DNA of 64,000 bases, taken from assembly GCA_964016885.1 (NCBI GenBank), contig OZ024742.1:88598001-88662000 (forward strand), written 5' to 3'. This document shows positions 1 to 12,849 of the stretch, piece by piece. This DNA is from Eledone cirrhosa. Taxonomy: Eukaryota. The first letter of the stretch is position 1. Every line of letters starts with the position of its first letter. A program made the translations under genes and the position numbers. The notes under the pieces were generated by a model that ran no database searches, had not been told where the DNA came from, and saw only the letters and a program-made list of their open reading frames with translations.

Positions 1-1269
1 GATTTTAGACATGCTGTGTTTTCTCTGTTGAACTTTAAATGATTTTTCACTATACCTCTAATTTTTGCTGAGAAATGTCGGTCCAAGTCCTTACCCTATT
101 AACTTTTATATTTCAGTAAATAGTTTTCCGACTGCTGGGAATTGAAAAATTTACATTTCTACGCTCTCAGATCTTGAAAATATAATTTTGGAATTATAGA
201 TCGTTGTCTGTATATTTCTAATCTATTAGCTTCTCTTCAGCTGCCACTTGTCAGTATTTATATTATGTTTCAGATAATTTGTCATTTATTCGAAATTATG
301 GCTTCTGAAACAGCTTCAATTTTATACATAATGATAGTGTTTACATATCCGATATTTCTTTATAAGCTATTGATCTTGATTTCAACAGGTCAGTCTATAA
401 TGTAATGTTAGATTTTGTCTACTTATGCCAATTCCTTCCATATATTTATGCATATATCCTATATTCAGTGTTTAGTAAACCATCATTATATGTTGAAAGT
501 TCGTACCTTTCACTACTCTCATCATCATATTTGCAATTCTCTGACTATCTGAAAAGTTCATCTCTTCTCTCATTGATTCATTCTTCCTGTCTTGCTTGCT
601 TTCTTAGCGGCTAAAATGCTATTTGGTTTATTCTCTCAAATATATACACGCATATACATGCATACATAGGCATACATACACGCACGTAGACGCATATATA
701 TATATACACACACACATGTTTCTCCCTGGTACAATCGGGGGTAACGACAGTAAGTAAGGTTCTTAATACATAGCAGAGTATACATATTTAATATAGAAAT
801 GATTTCTACAGGACGAGAACTGTTTCATTCGGGAGAAATCATCAGGAAGACGATGTCCGAGTAATATGGAGGTATTCATACATCTTCTGGTGGTAGGAGA
901 GGGTGGGGCTAGGGATGGGTCGAGGTCATTGATTGATGGATTTAAAAGAAGGGGAATTCTTTAAAAACTATATTTAGAGAAACAAAGGCAGACAAAAATT
1001 CAAGATAAGTACATATAGAAAAACTGAGAGGCACACCTAATTTTTAATGTTCATTTATTCCAAACAAACAATGGCTATTCATTGGAGACGTCTGCAAAAA
1101 TTGGCTGGTGCCTACAATCACACACACACACACCCTCACAGCCACACACAAACACACACCTGTATATAAATGTATATATATATATGTGTGTGTGTATATA
1201 TATATATATGCACACATACACATACATACACACATAACCACATATCAATATATATATATATACATATAA

Positions 1270-1312
<43 letters not shown>

Positions 1313-1344
1313 CATATATATACGTATATATATATAATATTAAA

Positions 1345-1640
1345 GATATTATTTATAGTTATGTATATACTATACTTTAAACAAATATAAACAGGGAAGG
1401 TCAGTAATTTATTACCACCTTATTACCAGTAAGAGAAATAGCTCAATGTAAGAACATCAGTTTTACAGAGCAGTAATATAGATATATTATATGTCGCATC
1501 CATTCTACTCTGTAAACATGAAACTGTTGTCGAAAACATCAATATATATGTACCTGTATGATTCTTCATTTGAATAGGAGGTTAATTATTTGTACAAACA
1601 TTGATAATGCTCCGAGGACACCAAGCTTATGTTTGGAAGA
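1345..1640. repeat. Dispersed repeat, copy 1 (copy 2 at ~51430-52005 has an extra ~290 bp internal segment)
   Basis: Both loci share ATTACCACCTTATTACCAGTAAGA, CATCCATTC(T/C)ACTCTGTAAA..GAAACTGTTG and GTTTGGAAGAA. Confidence 0.7.
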
Positions 1641-2443
1641 AACAATTGTCAGCGATTAAATGTTTTTCACATAACTTTGATACTTGTGTAATCTCTCTCT
1701 ATATATATATGTGTGTGGGGGGGGGTAGTATGGTTGCTAGGATGCGTACATAGGTGGTATGCCCGTTGAGCATTCTATGCTCCTTCGGAGCAGAGTATGA
1801 TAATGTGGAAAATGAAGAATCAGTGATGCATAGGAACACAATTATTTATACACATTACAATTGTTTCTCGTGCAAACAGCCCGAGGTGCGGTCTGTTTGT
1901 GGATCGAACCTGACTCTGGATTCGCAAGTTCCTCAGATACGTCTAGTGATTTCGAAGCAAATTCTCGTTTTGCTGGACTCCGACCCTTCGAATTGTTATC
2001 AATTGCCATCATCCTGTTTGCGCGCAACTTAGATTGGTTGATAGTTCGTGACGTCATCATAGTGCTTGACCATTGAAATATGCCCAGTGGCCATATCCAT
2101 TCAGGCGTGAGGTATCACTCACCCCAATACCGTCGCCAAAATTACTACTGTGTGTAGGAGAGTTTTTATGAATTCTCATGCCAATCCCTTGTTTGCCAGC
2201 CTCCCCATACACATACACCCCCATGCACATGTGCTCAAACCTATATATATAGGTATTCCGAGCCATTAATGATACACTTATCTGTGTGGACCTACACACA
2301 CACACACACACACACGCACAAACATACAGCTTGCGTGTTTGCGTTCACACATTTACAAACATATATATTCACCTCTCATATATAGGTACATTCATACCCA
2401 GACACATGTCCACACGTACAAACAAGGGACCCATTCATACAGT

Positions 2444-2494
<51 letters not shown>

Positions 2495-2575
2495 CACGAT
2501 AAATTACCGGAGCCATAGACTATCGCTATTCCCTGTCAATAATGTGCTCAAAGGAAAGGGAATCCTGAGCTCTTT

Positions 2576-2918
2576 AAAATACAATATGTTGAAAAGGTAA
2601 CACACCAGAGAGAGATATAGTGCGCCATCAATAAAACAGAGAAAAACCACCAGTGTATGGAATCTATAACATATGAAAGGCAGGGTAGACACACAGTAAT
2701 AAAACATATATTTTAAAATGTATATATGCACTCTATAAGAGATCTATTTGGATTTATACGTATGCGTATATACATTTTAATTTATATTTTTAATTATTGT
2801 GTGTCAACCCTACCTTTCATAGGTTATAGATTCCATACACTGGTAGATTTTCCCTGTTTTATTGATGGCGGACTATATCTCTCTATGGTGTGTTACCTTT
2901 TCGACATATTGTATTTTA
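2576..2918. repeat. Fold-back inverted repeat, ~155 bp arms
   Basis: AAAATACAATATGTTGAAAAGGTAACACACCA (~2577) is the near reverse complement of TGGTGTGTTACCTTTTCGACATATTGTATTTT (~2886-2917); complementarity continues inward. Confidence 0.8.
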
Positions 2919-2937
2919 TATATATATATATATATAA

Positions 2938-3070
2938 GGAAGGAGTTGTGGTAAGGAAACAAATGGACCATAACGCACCAGAGTACTCAATACTTAGGTT
3001 AGTATAGTGGGTAATAGGAAAATGTATGACCCCGACGGTAGAGCTCAAGCCGTTTCGACGGCTATTCCTG
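2938..3070. repeat. Short dispersed repeat family (other copies ~15095-15190, ~23786-23945, ~33885-33945), next to (TA)n
   Basis: Shared GTGGTAAGGAA..GGACCATAACGCACCA.AGTACTCAATACTTAGG..AGTGGGTAATAGGA..GACCCCGACG and GCCGTTTCGACGGC blocks (not all blocks in every copy). Confidence 0.75.
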
Positions 3071-4029
3071 GATTGATTAAGCATAAATTGCACAAAACTT
3101 TCCTGTATTACAGCCTCACATTATACCCGAACGGATAGTACGAACTATACGCGGATTGATGTGGTAGCTAAGTTCATGTTATGTTTATACCATTACTTAT
3201 TTGTATAGGTAAGTATATATTACCTGTATGTTTTGTGAAGGTACGTATACTTTCTCGTACGTATATTTGCTTGTATGTGTTATGCCGTATATATTATATA
3301 TACTGGTACATGTGCATTTGGTTATGTGTATACGTGAGGTTTGCGTCTGTGTGAGTATGCGGGTTCGTACGTATGTAGAGTGTGTGTATATGTGTACTTT
3401 GTGTTTTGGTTGACGTAGTCTGCGAACATATGTGTATTTACATGTAGGTATGTGTGTATATTTATTTACGTTTATTTAATTATACACACACACACATATA
3501 TATATTTTTTATATATATTTTTAAGTATATTTGGTATATACGTTCGTATGTGAGGCGGTACAGGCGTTTCGTGGGTTATGTATGTGCGTGCGTGTTTTTT
3601 GTGTACGGGCTTGTATTTGCATTCCCATGGCGAGTGTTTTCGCGTATGCTTGTGTATGTACGTATATGGATGCGTGTATGTATATATTTAGTTTCAATTA
3701 CCTCTGTATTTTATTTACCTTATTCTTAACTCTGAAGCCGAGGATCATTCGGTTTCCTAAATAGAATTTTAGTGTAATACTTCAGTTATACCATTTACCT
3801 TGTTTTATCTGTGCGTGTAATTGTTCTCACCGGTCGACATAATGACGTATTTTCTTCGTTTTTTCCATTCATTGCCAGAGAACGTCTCCATGAAACATTT
3901 AATAGAATATTAGTCTACGACTTCATTTATACCATACATGTGGTTTTGTCTTTGCGTGTAATTGTTTCTCACCGCTCCAAATAATGACGTATTCTCCTCG
4001 TTTTTTTTTCGTTCTTTGCCAGAGAACGT

Positions 4030-4280
4030 TTCCACGAACCAAAGTATCGTCTTCCTTTCTTCCTTCGGTTGCAACGTTTTTTTAGATATTTACTTCTGCA
4101 TTCACAGATTGACTTTTTTAGTTTCAGAAGTTTCCGTTAAGAATGAAAGCAGCGATTCTTTGCTTAAACTTTAATATGTTATATTAATAAATAATTGCTC
4201 TACGGTTCTTATATATTTGATATATATTTATCCTTATCGAGCCCTCTTTCGATTTTAGTCTTCAAATTTATTATTATTAC
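4030..4280. repeat. Dispersed repeat (similar copy ~25745-25900; fragments ~52020-52090 and ~56620-56655)
   Basis: Shared GATATTTACTTCT..TTCACA..TTAGTTTCAGAAG..GTTAAG..TGAAAGCAGCGATTCTTTGCTTAAACTTTAAT. Confidence 0.7.
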
Positions 4281-4372
<92 letters not shown>

Positions 4373-4445
4373 TATATACATATATATATATATACATATA
4401 TATATACATATATATATACATATATATATATACATATCTATATAC

Positions 4446-4526
<81 letters not shown>

Positions 4527-4591
4527 CATATATATATATATACATATATATATATACATATATATACATATATATATACATATATATATAC

Positions 4592-4642
<51 letters not shown>
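4281..4642. repeat. (TA)n microsatellite with TACA interruptions
   Basis: Directly visible. Confidence 0.95.
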
Positions 4643-4644
<2 letters not shown>

Positions 4645-5339
4645 AATGTATACATACACATATATGTACATAAGCAAGTATGTGTGTGTTTATGTATGTA
4701 AGTATGTATGTATGTATGTATATATATATGTATGTCAGGTCACCAGTTGGTGCTTCTGGTAACATGTATCCCAATACAACCTGTCCCATGGTCGGGTCGT
4801 TGGCGACTAAACTGGCAACCCCACCAAGGTCTGTTGGTGAGGAGGGTGACTTTGGACATCCTGCAGGACTAAAAACAAAACCTGTCAAAGGGGAAAGGAG
4901 CTCTTAAGAGTCAATGGCCATCCAAAATCACTGGGAGAGATGACCCCTTCGCCTTTGTCAAGGCAGAATTCTAGGAGAAGAAAAACTCTGATATAAACCC
5001 TGCAACCCTGATGCTATCCAATGATGTTGACTTGTTCTTCTTTTTGGTAAATATCATCTTGGTTAAGAGAGTGGGACTGGCTTTGTGCAGTGCCTTTGCT
5101 CACTATAAAAGCTTCACAGCACAGGCATTGCTTTATATCTGGAGATCTCTCTGCACTCGTCGTCATATGGTATAATGGGCCCAGCACTATGTGTCAATAA
5201 TTGTCACAAGTGTAGTGTTTGTACCAGAGTTTTCAAGTCGCTGGCTGGACTAAAAAGTCACACTCATTCAGCGCATCGGTAGGGGTTCTCCTACATGGAT
5301 ATAAAGTAGTGGCCGTACTCGAAAACGAGTTGGCAGCCA

Positions 5340-5403
<64 letters not shown>

Positions 5404-6243
5404 ACCGTCTCGTGAAGAAGCAACAGGGAAAACAACCCGCTAGATATATAACCACATGTGTATTATTGTGTGCTGTCTACCGAAATCCTCTGATTGCATC
5501 AACTTTCCAATTGTAAAGGAAGTTGCAGATGCCATATAAATATGTATGACAACATTTAAATCATAAATATACGAAAGATAAATAACAATGTACATAAAAA
5601 ATAATTAAATGAAAATAAAAATTAAATGTATATTAAATAAAGCCAGAAATACATAAAAGATACATCAAATCCGGAAAGAGTGCTAATGATACTAGTGAGG
5701 TGAACATGGAAATAGCATATAAAAAGGATGAAAAAGAAAGCGATATAAGTGAGATATACAAATTACAACACAGATTATATTATATACTATACAGGATGTG
5801 GGATAGAGTTTACAGAGAGATTTTGAAATGTTAAAAGCCAATCAACCAACGGCAGCATCAAAGTTGAACAGGTTGACAAGCAATCCCAAGATTCTTTACT
5901 CAATCAAGGGTACGCTTTTCTCCATGAAGATTTTAAAGGGAGTGGATTGGAAATTTTTATTTTTAATAACAAGTACAATCACTGCTCATACACATCACAT
6001 AAGTACAAAAACTGTCCTGAAAAAATGACATTACTAAAGCAAAGTGCCACAGGTCCAATGGTGTTCACCTCTATAACAAACCCTATTTAACTGTGCAGCA
6101 ATTCAGCAAGAACGACAACACCAGAGAATCAAAGTCTGAGCAGTAATGTACCTATTGATAACCAAAAAAGCTCAAAACAAAGGGATTTCAAAATTGGCTC
6201 AAGAACAAGCACTGGAAAAATTATAATAATGATGGCTTCTGAT

Positions 6244-6450
6244 TTAGGCACAAGGCCAGCAATGTTGGGAAAGGAGAAAGTCGATTAAATGACCCCATTG
6301 CGTGATTGGTACTTTATTTTATCGACCCTGTAAGGATGAAAGTCAAAGTTAACCTCGGCCGGACTTGAATTCAGATCATAAATGGCCGTAACCCTATGCT
6401 GCAAAGCATGGCGTCCGACCCTCTACCGATACTGATGCAACATCAGCCTA
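6244..6450 (-). mobile_element. tRNA-derived SINE (octopod-type family)
   Basis: Reverse complement of the consensus seen at 56725-56935 (B-box-like GTTCAAATCC, GAGGTTAACTTTG.CTTTCATCCTTAC.GGGTCGATAAAATAAAGTACCA, CTGGCCTTGTGCC). Confidence 0.8.
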
Positions 6451-8035
6451 AACAAAGTGTGAACTAACAGGATTGTTTTTTAACCTTTCCAGCTCAACAT
6501 TTGACATATTCCTCTTTCAAGGACCCCTACTACATGACTTGAACAAGAGGGAATTCACAGAATTTATCAGAAATAATCTTTAAATTAGACATAATTTATA
6601 GATAGTGTAACTCCATAGATAATGTTTATGTACATCGGGAAGGTAGACATTTACGTAATAAATGGTTATAACCCCACATAATTTAACAAAGGACTTTATA
6701 AATACATCTAATCCTCAAAACCAAAAGCCAATTTCTGGGGCCTTCAATGTACACCATCGATTCTGGAATACTAACATCAGTAAAAACAGTATAAATGAAG
6801 CATAATATCTCTTAGTTGTTATGAATAAACAATACTTATTCCCCACAAGTACCAGACTTCCCTATCTACAGAGATTTTAACAACGGAACCTCACAAAGAG
6901 ATCGTTTGTGGTCTTCTCTCCCAGCCGCTCATGTTTATGTAAAACTAGAAATCAAGCCACAATATGGATCTAAGATCGGATCATGACAATAACACTTTAA
7001 ATATTGCAATTCTTATAACCAACTAAAATCTGGGCTATTGTCAAACATTATCAAATAAAGCCTAAAGTAAGAAAATATCAATTTCATATAAGTGAGTGCA
7101 TTACGTTTACTAATAACTTAGAAGAAGAACAATCATCCCACAACGGATTGTACAATGTCCAATCAGCTGAATAGCTAAAACAAGTCTACAAATATTTATC
7201 GACAAAATACAGTGTATAATCAATGAGAAAGTACATTTTATGTATTTCGATCCAAATAAAAATAACAGTAACAGTAATATGGATACCAACTACAATAAGG
7301 CACGGTGGAGTGAAGATCTAACACATCTAAGAAGTGAAATTACCTGATCATTACACTTATGGAAATACCATTCAACACATTCCAATTATGAAACTTATAA
7401 AGTACTATGAAAAAGTTTAAAAGGCAAATAAAACAATCCAAAAATGATTTCTAGTCTAGCAAAGCTAATCTGGAGCCAATGGGCGATATATGGAGCATAT
7501 ACAACTCGATGATCAACTCAAAATCCCTAAAAACCAAATCAAGAGCTATTGATTACAGATCAGAATCATTTGTTGGCAAAGTATCATTTACACAATCTAT
7601 TATCCATTACAAAACTTCTGATCTTCTCACTCGAAACGTAGAGTTCCCTCCTATTATTGAATAGCAGTTAAGGATGAGTTGAAAATACGTCTCCAATGGT
7701 ATACAGAATTTAGTCATCAATGAAAGATGGAGTGTAATACATGAACTAGTGCTAAATATATGTAATGGTATAACTGAATTACAACACCATCCAGATATAT
7801 GGGAATTTACTCAATCGTTAGTAATACCATCACCAAATAACGATTTGATCCCTCTAAATAACAACTAGTTCATTTCCATAATCCTGAACTCATCAATTAT
7901 AAATGGGTTGAAATATACTCGATGAACGAGCTACGGATACCACAAAAATCCATCAAGATACAAGGTATTTGGTTATAATCGGATTTGAAATGGAAACCAC
8001 ATCTCAAACACACACTGAAATAATTGTTTCTACTT

Positions 8036-8210
8036 TTGGCACAAGGCCAATAATTAGCCCATTGCATTACTGATGCTTTATTTTATCGACCCAGTAAGGA
8101 GGGAAGTCAAAGTTAACCTCGGCAGGATTTCAACTCAGAACGTAGTGGGCCATAAGTCTATGCTGCAAAGCATGATGCCTGACGTTCTACCGATGGCGCC
8201 AATTCACCAC
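8036..8210 (-). mobile_element. tRNA-derived SINE, same family
   Basis: GGCACAAGGCC..TTTTATCGACCC..AAAGTTAACCTCGGCAGGATTTCAACTCAGA. Confidence 0.8.
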
Positions 8211-9648
8211 CATGAAAATAATGACTTCAAAATGACATGCAATTAAGGTAATTTCAAAGAAATTCCACCTGGTACTGTGTAAGGGATTAATCAACGGTCA
8301 ACTGTTTTATGACAGCTTGTTTTGGGTACACACAAGTACTAACTATCTTGAAGCTATTGATAGATTCCGTACCCAAATTGGCAAAACTATTTTGGGATAT
8401 CTACTCCCAAGATAGCGATTTTCATGAAACAAGGTTAACTCACTTGTTGATAGAAGAGTTCAGGAAACGCAAATTGCTAACTGCTCAGTTTAGATGATAC
8501 GTGGACTCCACCATGGGTAGAACGATTAAAATCGTTTAAGATAATGATTAAAATCACAAAAGAAGAAGCAGACGAATTCCATAACACTATCACACAGTCA
8601 TTCTCTTTTAACAGCTGGGTCTGCTACATTGACAAGAAACATTCAGACAAGGGAGTGGGTAGTGGGGCTACTTGTTCTTTCAAAAATAAGTATAGACACA
8701 TGCCCTGCTAAAATTGTTTTCTATTTACTGATAGTCTGTCGAACCTAGAATTAGTTCAGTCAAGAAAAAGGGATTGGGTTAGAGATATTGAAAATGTTCT
8801 GCTAAAAGTAGTTACCTACATCTCAGAAAATAAAGAAATAACGGTGGTTTGGATAACGGGTCCTAGAGATATTCAAGGAATTATGAAAGAATAGTAATTA
8901 GGAAAAGAGGGAGTAATTAGGAAAAGTAAGTAATAGATATAGAAAACATCCCAACCATTTCGCAGGTAAAATCATTTAGCAAACATACAATTAGTCAAAT
9001 GTAGAAAACATTTTGGGAAGAATCCAGAGATGAGCTCATAAATTTCAGTTCTCCACTTTCTCAACCAGATTTGTCAACATTCAAAACCTATCCGGCATTG
9101 AAAAATGAAAATAAAAGAAAGACCCATGCTGGCTTTGAACTGGACATATACTTTTGAACTGCAATCTATCAAGAACAGATCGTAGAGATTCATCTCTACC
9201 TTCCTGTGGTGATTTTCCAGAAACGCTTTGGGACTATTTATTTCGATCTAGAAATTATCAGTATCAGAGAGAGGTAATATTGAAACCCATCCTTAAAGAA
9301 ATACCAAGATTGGACGGTCAACATATGTTTAATGGTCAACAAAATCTAAAAAAAATCTTTGAGTTCATGGAAGCTACGAAAAGTCTAGCTGTTTCACAGC
9401 ATCTCTTTTTCCCTATTTTCCTTTTCTTTATCGTTTCTTATTCATAATCCCCCTTCCCGCCCCGTTGGCCTTCAATATGTGACATTTGTATTTTTTCTAT
9501 TTTTTTCCCTTTTTATTTCTTTTAATTACGTCACACTAGCTTTTTTGATTACCAACTATAAGGAGTACTAGATACTTCCCGTAGTCTGTCATAACGTACT
9601 AGCTCTCTGCGGACTCTTCATTTGATTAAATAAATAATTGTATCTAAT

Positions 9649-9750
9649 TTTGGCACAATGCCAGCAATTACCCAATGCATTACTGGTACTTTTTTCTATC
9701 GACCCCGGAAGGATGAAAGGCAAAGTTAACCTCGCCGGGATTTGAACTCA
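9649..9750 (-). mobile_element. tRNA-derived SINE, same family, truncated
   Basis: TGGCACAATGCCAGCAATTACCCA..ATCGACCCCGGAAGGATGAAAGGCAAAGTTAACCTCGCCGGGATTTGAACTCA. Confidence 0.8.
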
Positions 9751-11499
9751 TAAATAATGTTTCTTTATTTAATGCCAGGTTAGCCGATATATTGTAGATG
9801 CAGGAACAAATGGATTATAACCTTGACTACGTGACCGTCCTTAAAACAATATGAAAATATATATTTCGTTCAGTATATATTTGGTTTAAAAGAGAACAAG
9901 AGATGTTTTAATGAATATTTTGCTACTCTTTCTACGTGATCGAGTACTCACGTAGAGGTTCCTACGCTGGGTGATTTTATTGCACTATATATTGTTGTTA
10001 CAGTTTTGATTAGACCCCAGTCAGTCATTGTATTCCAGAGCTATTATAAAAATGAATCCAGGCACATTGTGTTTCCAAACCCATATCATCCAACTTTCTG
10101 TTTTAAGGCATTAATGTGTAGTTTGAGAGATAATTAATTGGTTGCTCTTTCAAGTAGGTTGTGTGATGTCATAAATACGCGCACAAAGCCGCATTATAAT
10201 CAACGTATTTGTAACATGACAAATACTTATCCCCAGAGTAGACATTACACTTTAGAGTGTTTGTCACAAGTTAAACCTATAGGCTCCACACTAAATAAAC
10301 AATAATAAATTATGTACAAATTACACCCGGTCCATATTGAAAATGGTGACGGGGACTCATTGAAAAGGGTATTTCTAGATACACCTAGCCAGAGTTGGGC
10401 ATTTTTGTTAATAACTAAAAATTGATTCATGACAATGGAAAATAACAAAACAAAACATGACAAGGAAAATAACAAAACAAAAACTCCTTTCATTCAATGT
10501 ATTGACACTACCTCGAAAGCATTACACAGGTTTTAAAGGTTATACTCTGAAACTATACGATATTCTGTTATATATCTCGAACATTTGATAGTGGTAGCAG
10601 GCATAAAAGGACTGAAGACCTAACTCTGCCATCTTTAAAACCAGAGAAATAATTCCTATTGATGCGGCAAGTCAAATATTAACATAACTTCCAAAGTGAG
10701 AATATTTTATAAGATATAAGCTAGTTAGAAATATTGACCTCGGTACAACATGAACCATGACCATGCAAAGAACTGCTGCATTAAACTATTGATCACAGTG
10801 CTCTAACTTTCTCATCTATCAACAGCCAGCCATAAAGTTAGAGATATGAAAGGAGAGACTGAAGAAGTAGATTATTCTCTTCCACCTACTCGAACGTAAA
10901 GTCAGCGAATGGCACAAACGAAGAAATCCAATAATATATGAAGTAGATCATAACAATATATGTACAATGTTGTTCAGGTTGTTATGGTGATAACTTACAA
11001 TAAAAATTGCTTTATTGCTGTTCTCTTGAGGACTAAGATGCAGCTAAATAGACACGTCGTTACTACATATAGGCTTTTATTCGTATACTCACATATGCAT
11101 ACATATGTGTGATGATGAATTTGAAATATTGTAGTCATAATTGTATATATTAGTGTTTTGATAATATATAAACGTTTTATGACATTTATAAATCATAAAA
11201 ACATGAGTGGTGGGGTTTTAGATACAGATTGAAGGATTCATATGAATAATGCATTTTCACCCAGTGCGGCAGCGGATACCCGTAAATCATGAGTTACCCA
11301 TTCATAAGTTTTAGTTTAAGTAATGCCATCATTTTCTATCCCATAAAATCCGCAAATAATCACCAGTAGTATATAGTACATCACATATAATCACGAAATA
11401 CAATTCATTTTAAAGAATATCAGGCCGTAGTATTATGAAAATGTATGTTAATTGGCAATGTCACTGTTTATGCTATGTTACTGGAAAGCTAGCTAAGGA

Positions 11500-12400
11500 A
11501 TGTTGCATGAACGCCACCAACCATGGGCATGGTTGCATTGTTGGATTTGATGAAGCTTCGGCAGTTGATACTGCTGTAATTGTTGCTGATGCTGTTGTTG
11601 ATGTTGCTGCTGCAACCGGTGTTGGTGCCATTGCTTTTGGAGGCCGCTGCTGGTCCTGTTGTTGATATTACTGAGACCGTTGTGACTTATGCACAGACGC
11701 TGTTTTTGTAGAGGGTGATTTCCGCAAATAGATGGAACGAACACACACCCACCCCAGTCGGAAGGAGAATTAAACAAGAGATTTTGCCGCAAATCTCTGT
11801 ATTACTTTGTAGAAATATTTATAGACTGATCCCATACCAGTTCTCCATCCGGATCCACTTTACTTCCTAAAGGTTTTTACTACGCTCAAGGACGATTGAT
11901 ACTAGTATCCAGTGGCTTCTTCTTGTGGGATGCCAGCAATAACTGCCTTCACTGTCTTTCATCCCATATAAGAGGGGTCCATTTTACTGTGTTTCGCTTT
12001 TGAAGAGCACTGAGTTTCTGACAAACCACTTAGCCCTTGCTACGTTGTTGTTTGTCTGGTAACCATCCCTATAAACCTTCCTTCACGTGTCACAGGCTCT
12101 GGCTATTTTTATATTGATGCCGATGCACCTGTTGTTTAGAGTATTTTTTCCTTCGGTTTCATCTCAGTTATCACGCATTTGGCTACCTGAGGCAGACATT
12201 GCTTTTGTGGTTGTCGCCACTGTTGTAGTCATTGCGGGTGTAGTAGCTTTTATAGTTGCCATTGTTGTTGCTTGTGTCGTGGTTGTTATTTTTCTTGTTT
12301 TCGTTGATGTTGTTGGAACTACTGTTGTTGTCGTTACTGTTGGTGATGGGGTAATCTTTGGTGAAAATGAAGCAGTAATTCTAGACGTGCATGCAGGTGT
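11500..12400 (-). pseudogene. Coding-like Thr/Ala/Gln-rich remnant, possibly a decayed LINE ORF1
   Basis: Codon-like low-complexity stretches flank a stop-interrupted segment (KTVKAVIAGIPQEE); no recognisable domain. Confidence 0.25.
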
Positions 12401-12849
12401 AAGGCATACAATTATTAACGATAAAGAAGCACATCAAACATTCCCATATAAAAACCATAATAAATAAATTAATAAACAAATAAAGAGTGATAACAATGCC
12501 ACAAATGAAATCATACAAGAATTAGAACAATATTTTACTGAATTAAATGAAATTATTTACATACGTGATAGTTTAATTGACACAAAAGATATACCACCGA
12601 AATATAACAAAGAAAGGCTAACTTGAAAATAAGATCGAATTAATGAGAGTTAAAACATCGATTCGATACTAAATAAACTAATCTCTATAAAAATGTAAGA
12701 TACATAGAAAGAATATGGTAGAAGAAAAAATATGGATCTTCATCAAGAGAAGAGCTGATATCAACAACGAAAGTTTCGAAACAAAACGTCCTAGTGAAAC
12801 TCAAGGAATATACAAGTTTAAGAATATAAACGGTTGGTGCTAGCGAAAT

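Larger units (their letters stand above)
5600..9640 (+). mobile_element. Decayed I-group (I/Nimb/R1-like) LINE: APE endonuclease, RT, RNase H and Zn-knuckle remnants, interrupted by SINEs
   Basis: Manual translation gives GAFNVHHRFW (~6738, APE GDFNxHHxxW), PDIWEFTQSLVIPSP (~7791, RT), FTDSLSNL (~8725) and VVWITGPRDIQGN (~8844, RNase H WIPGHxGIxGN), plus a TGH..LN..L..CG..ETL C-terminal motif (~9140-9240); many stops and frameshifts. Confidence 0.7.

Noticed and set aside
805-860. Minus-strand CTGATGA..GAAAC hammerhead-like text; similar at 33726-33755 (+) and TTGACAA..GAAAATTTC at ~33975-34030 (-)
   Set aside because: Stems I and II do not pair convincingly; at best decayed remnants
4195-4888. 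Long YI/CV/HT-repeat ORFs here and at 26281-27112, 31112-31949 and 36847-37133
   Set aside because: Translations of dinucleotide microsatellites, not genes
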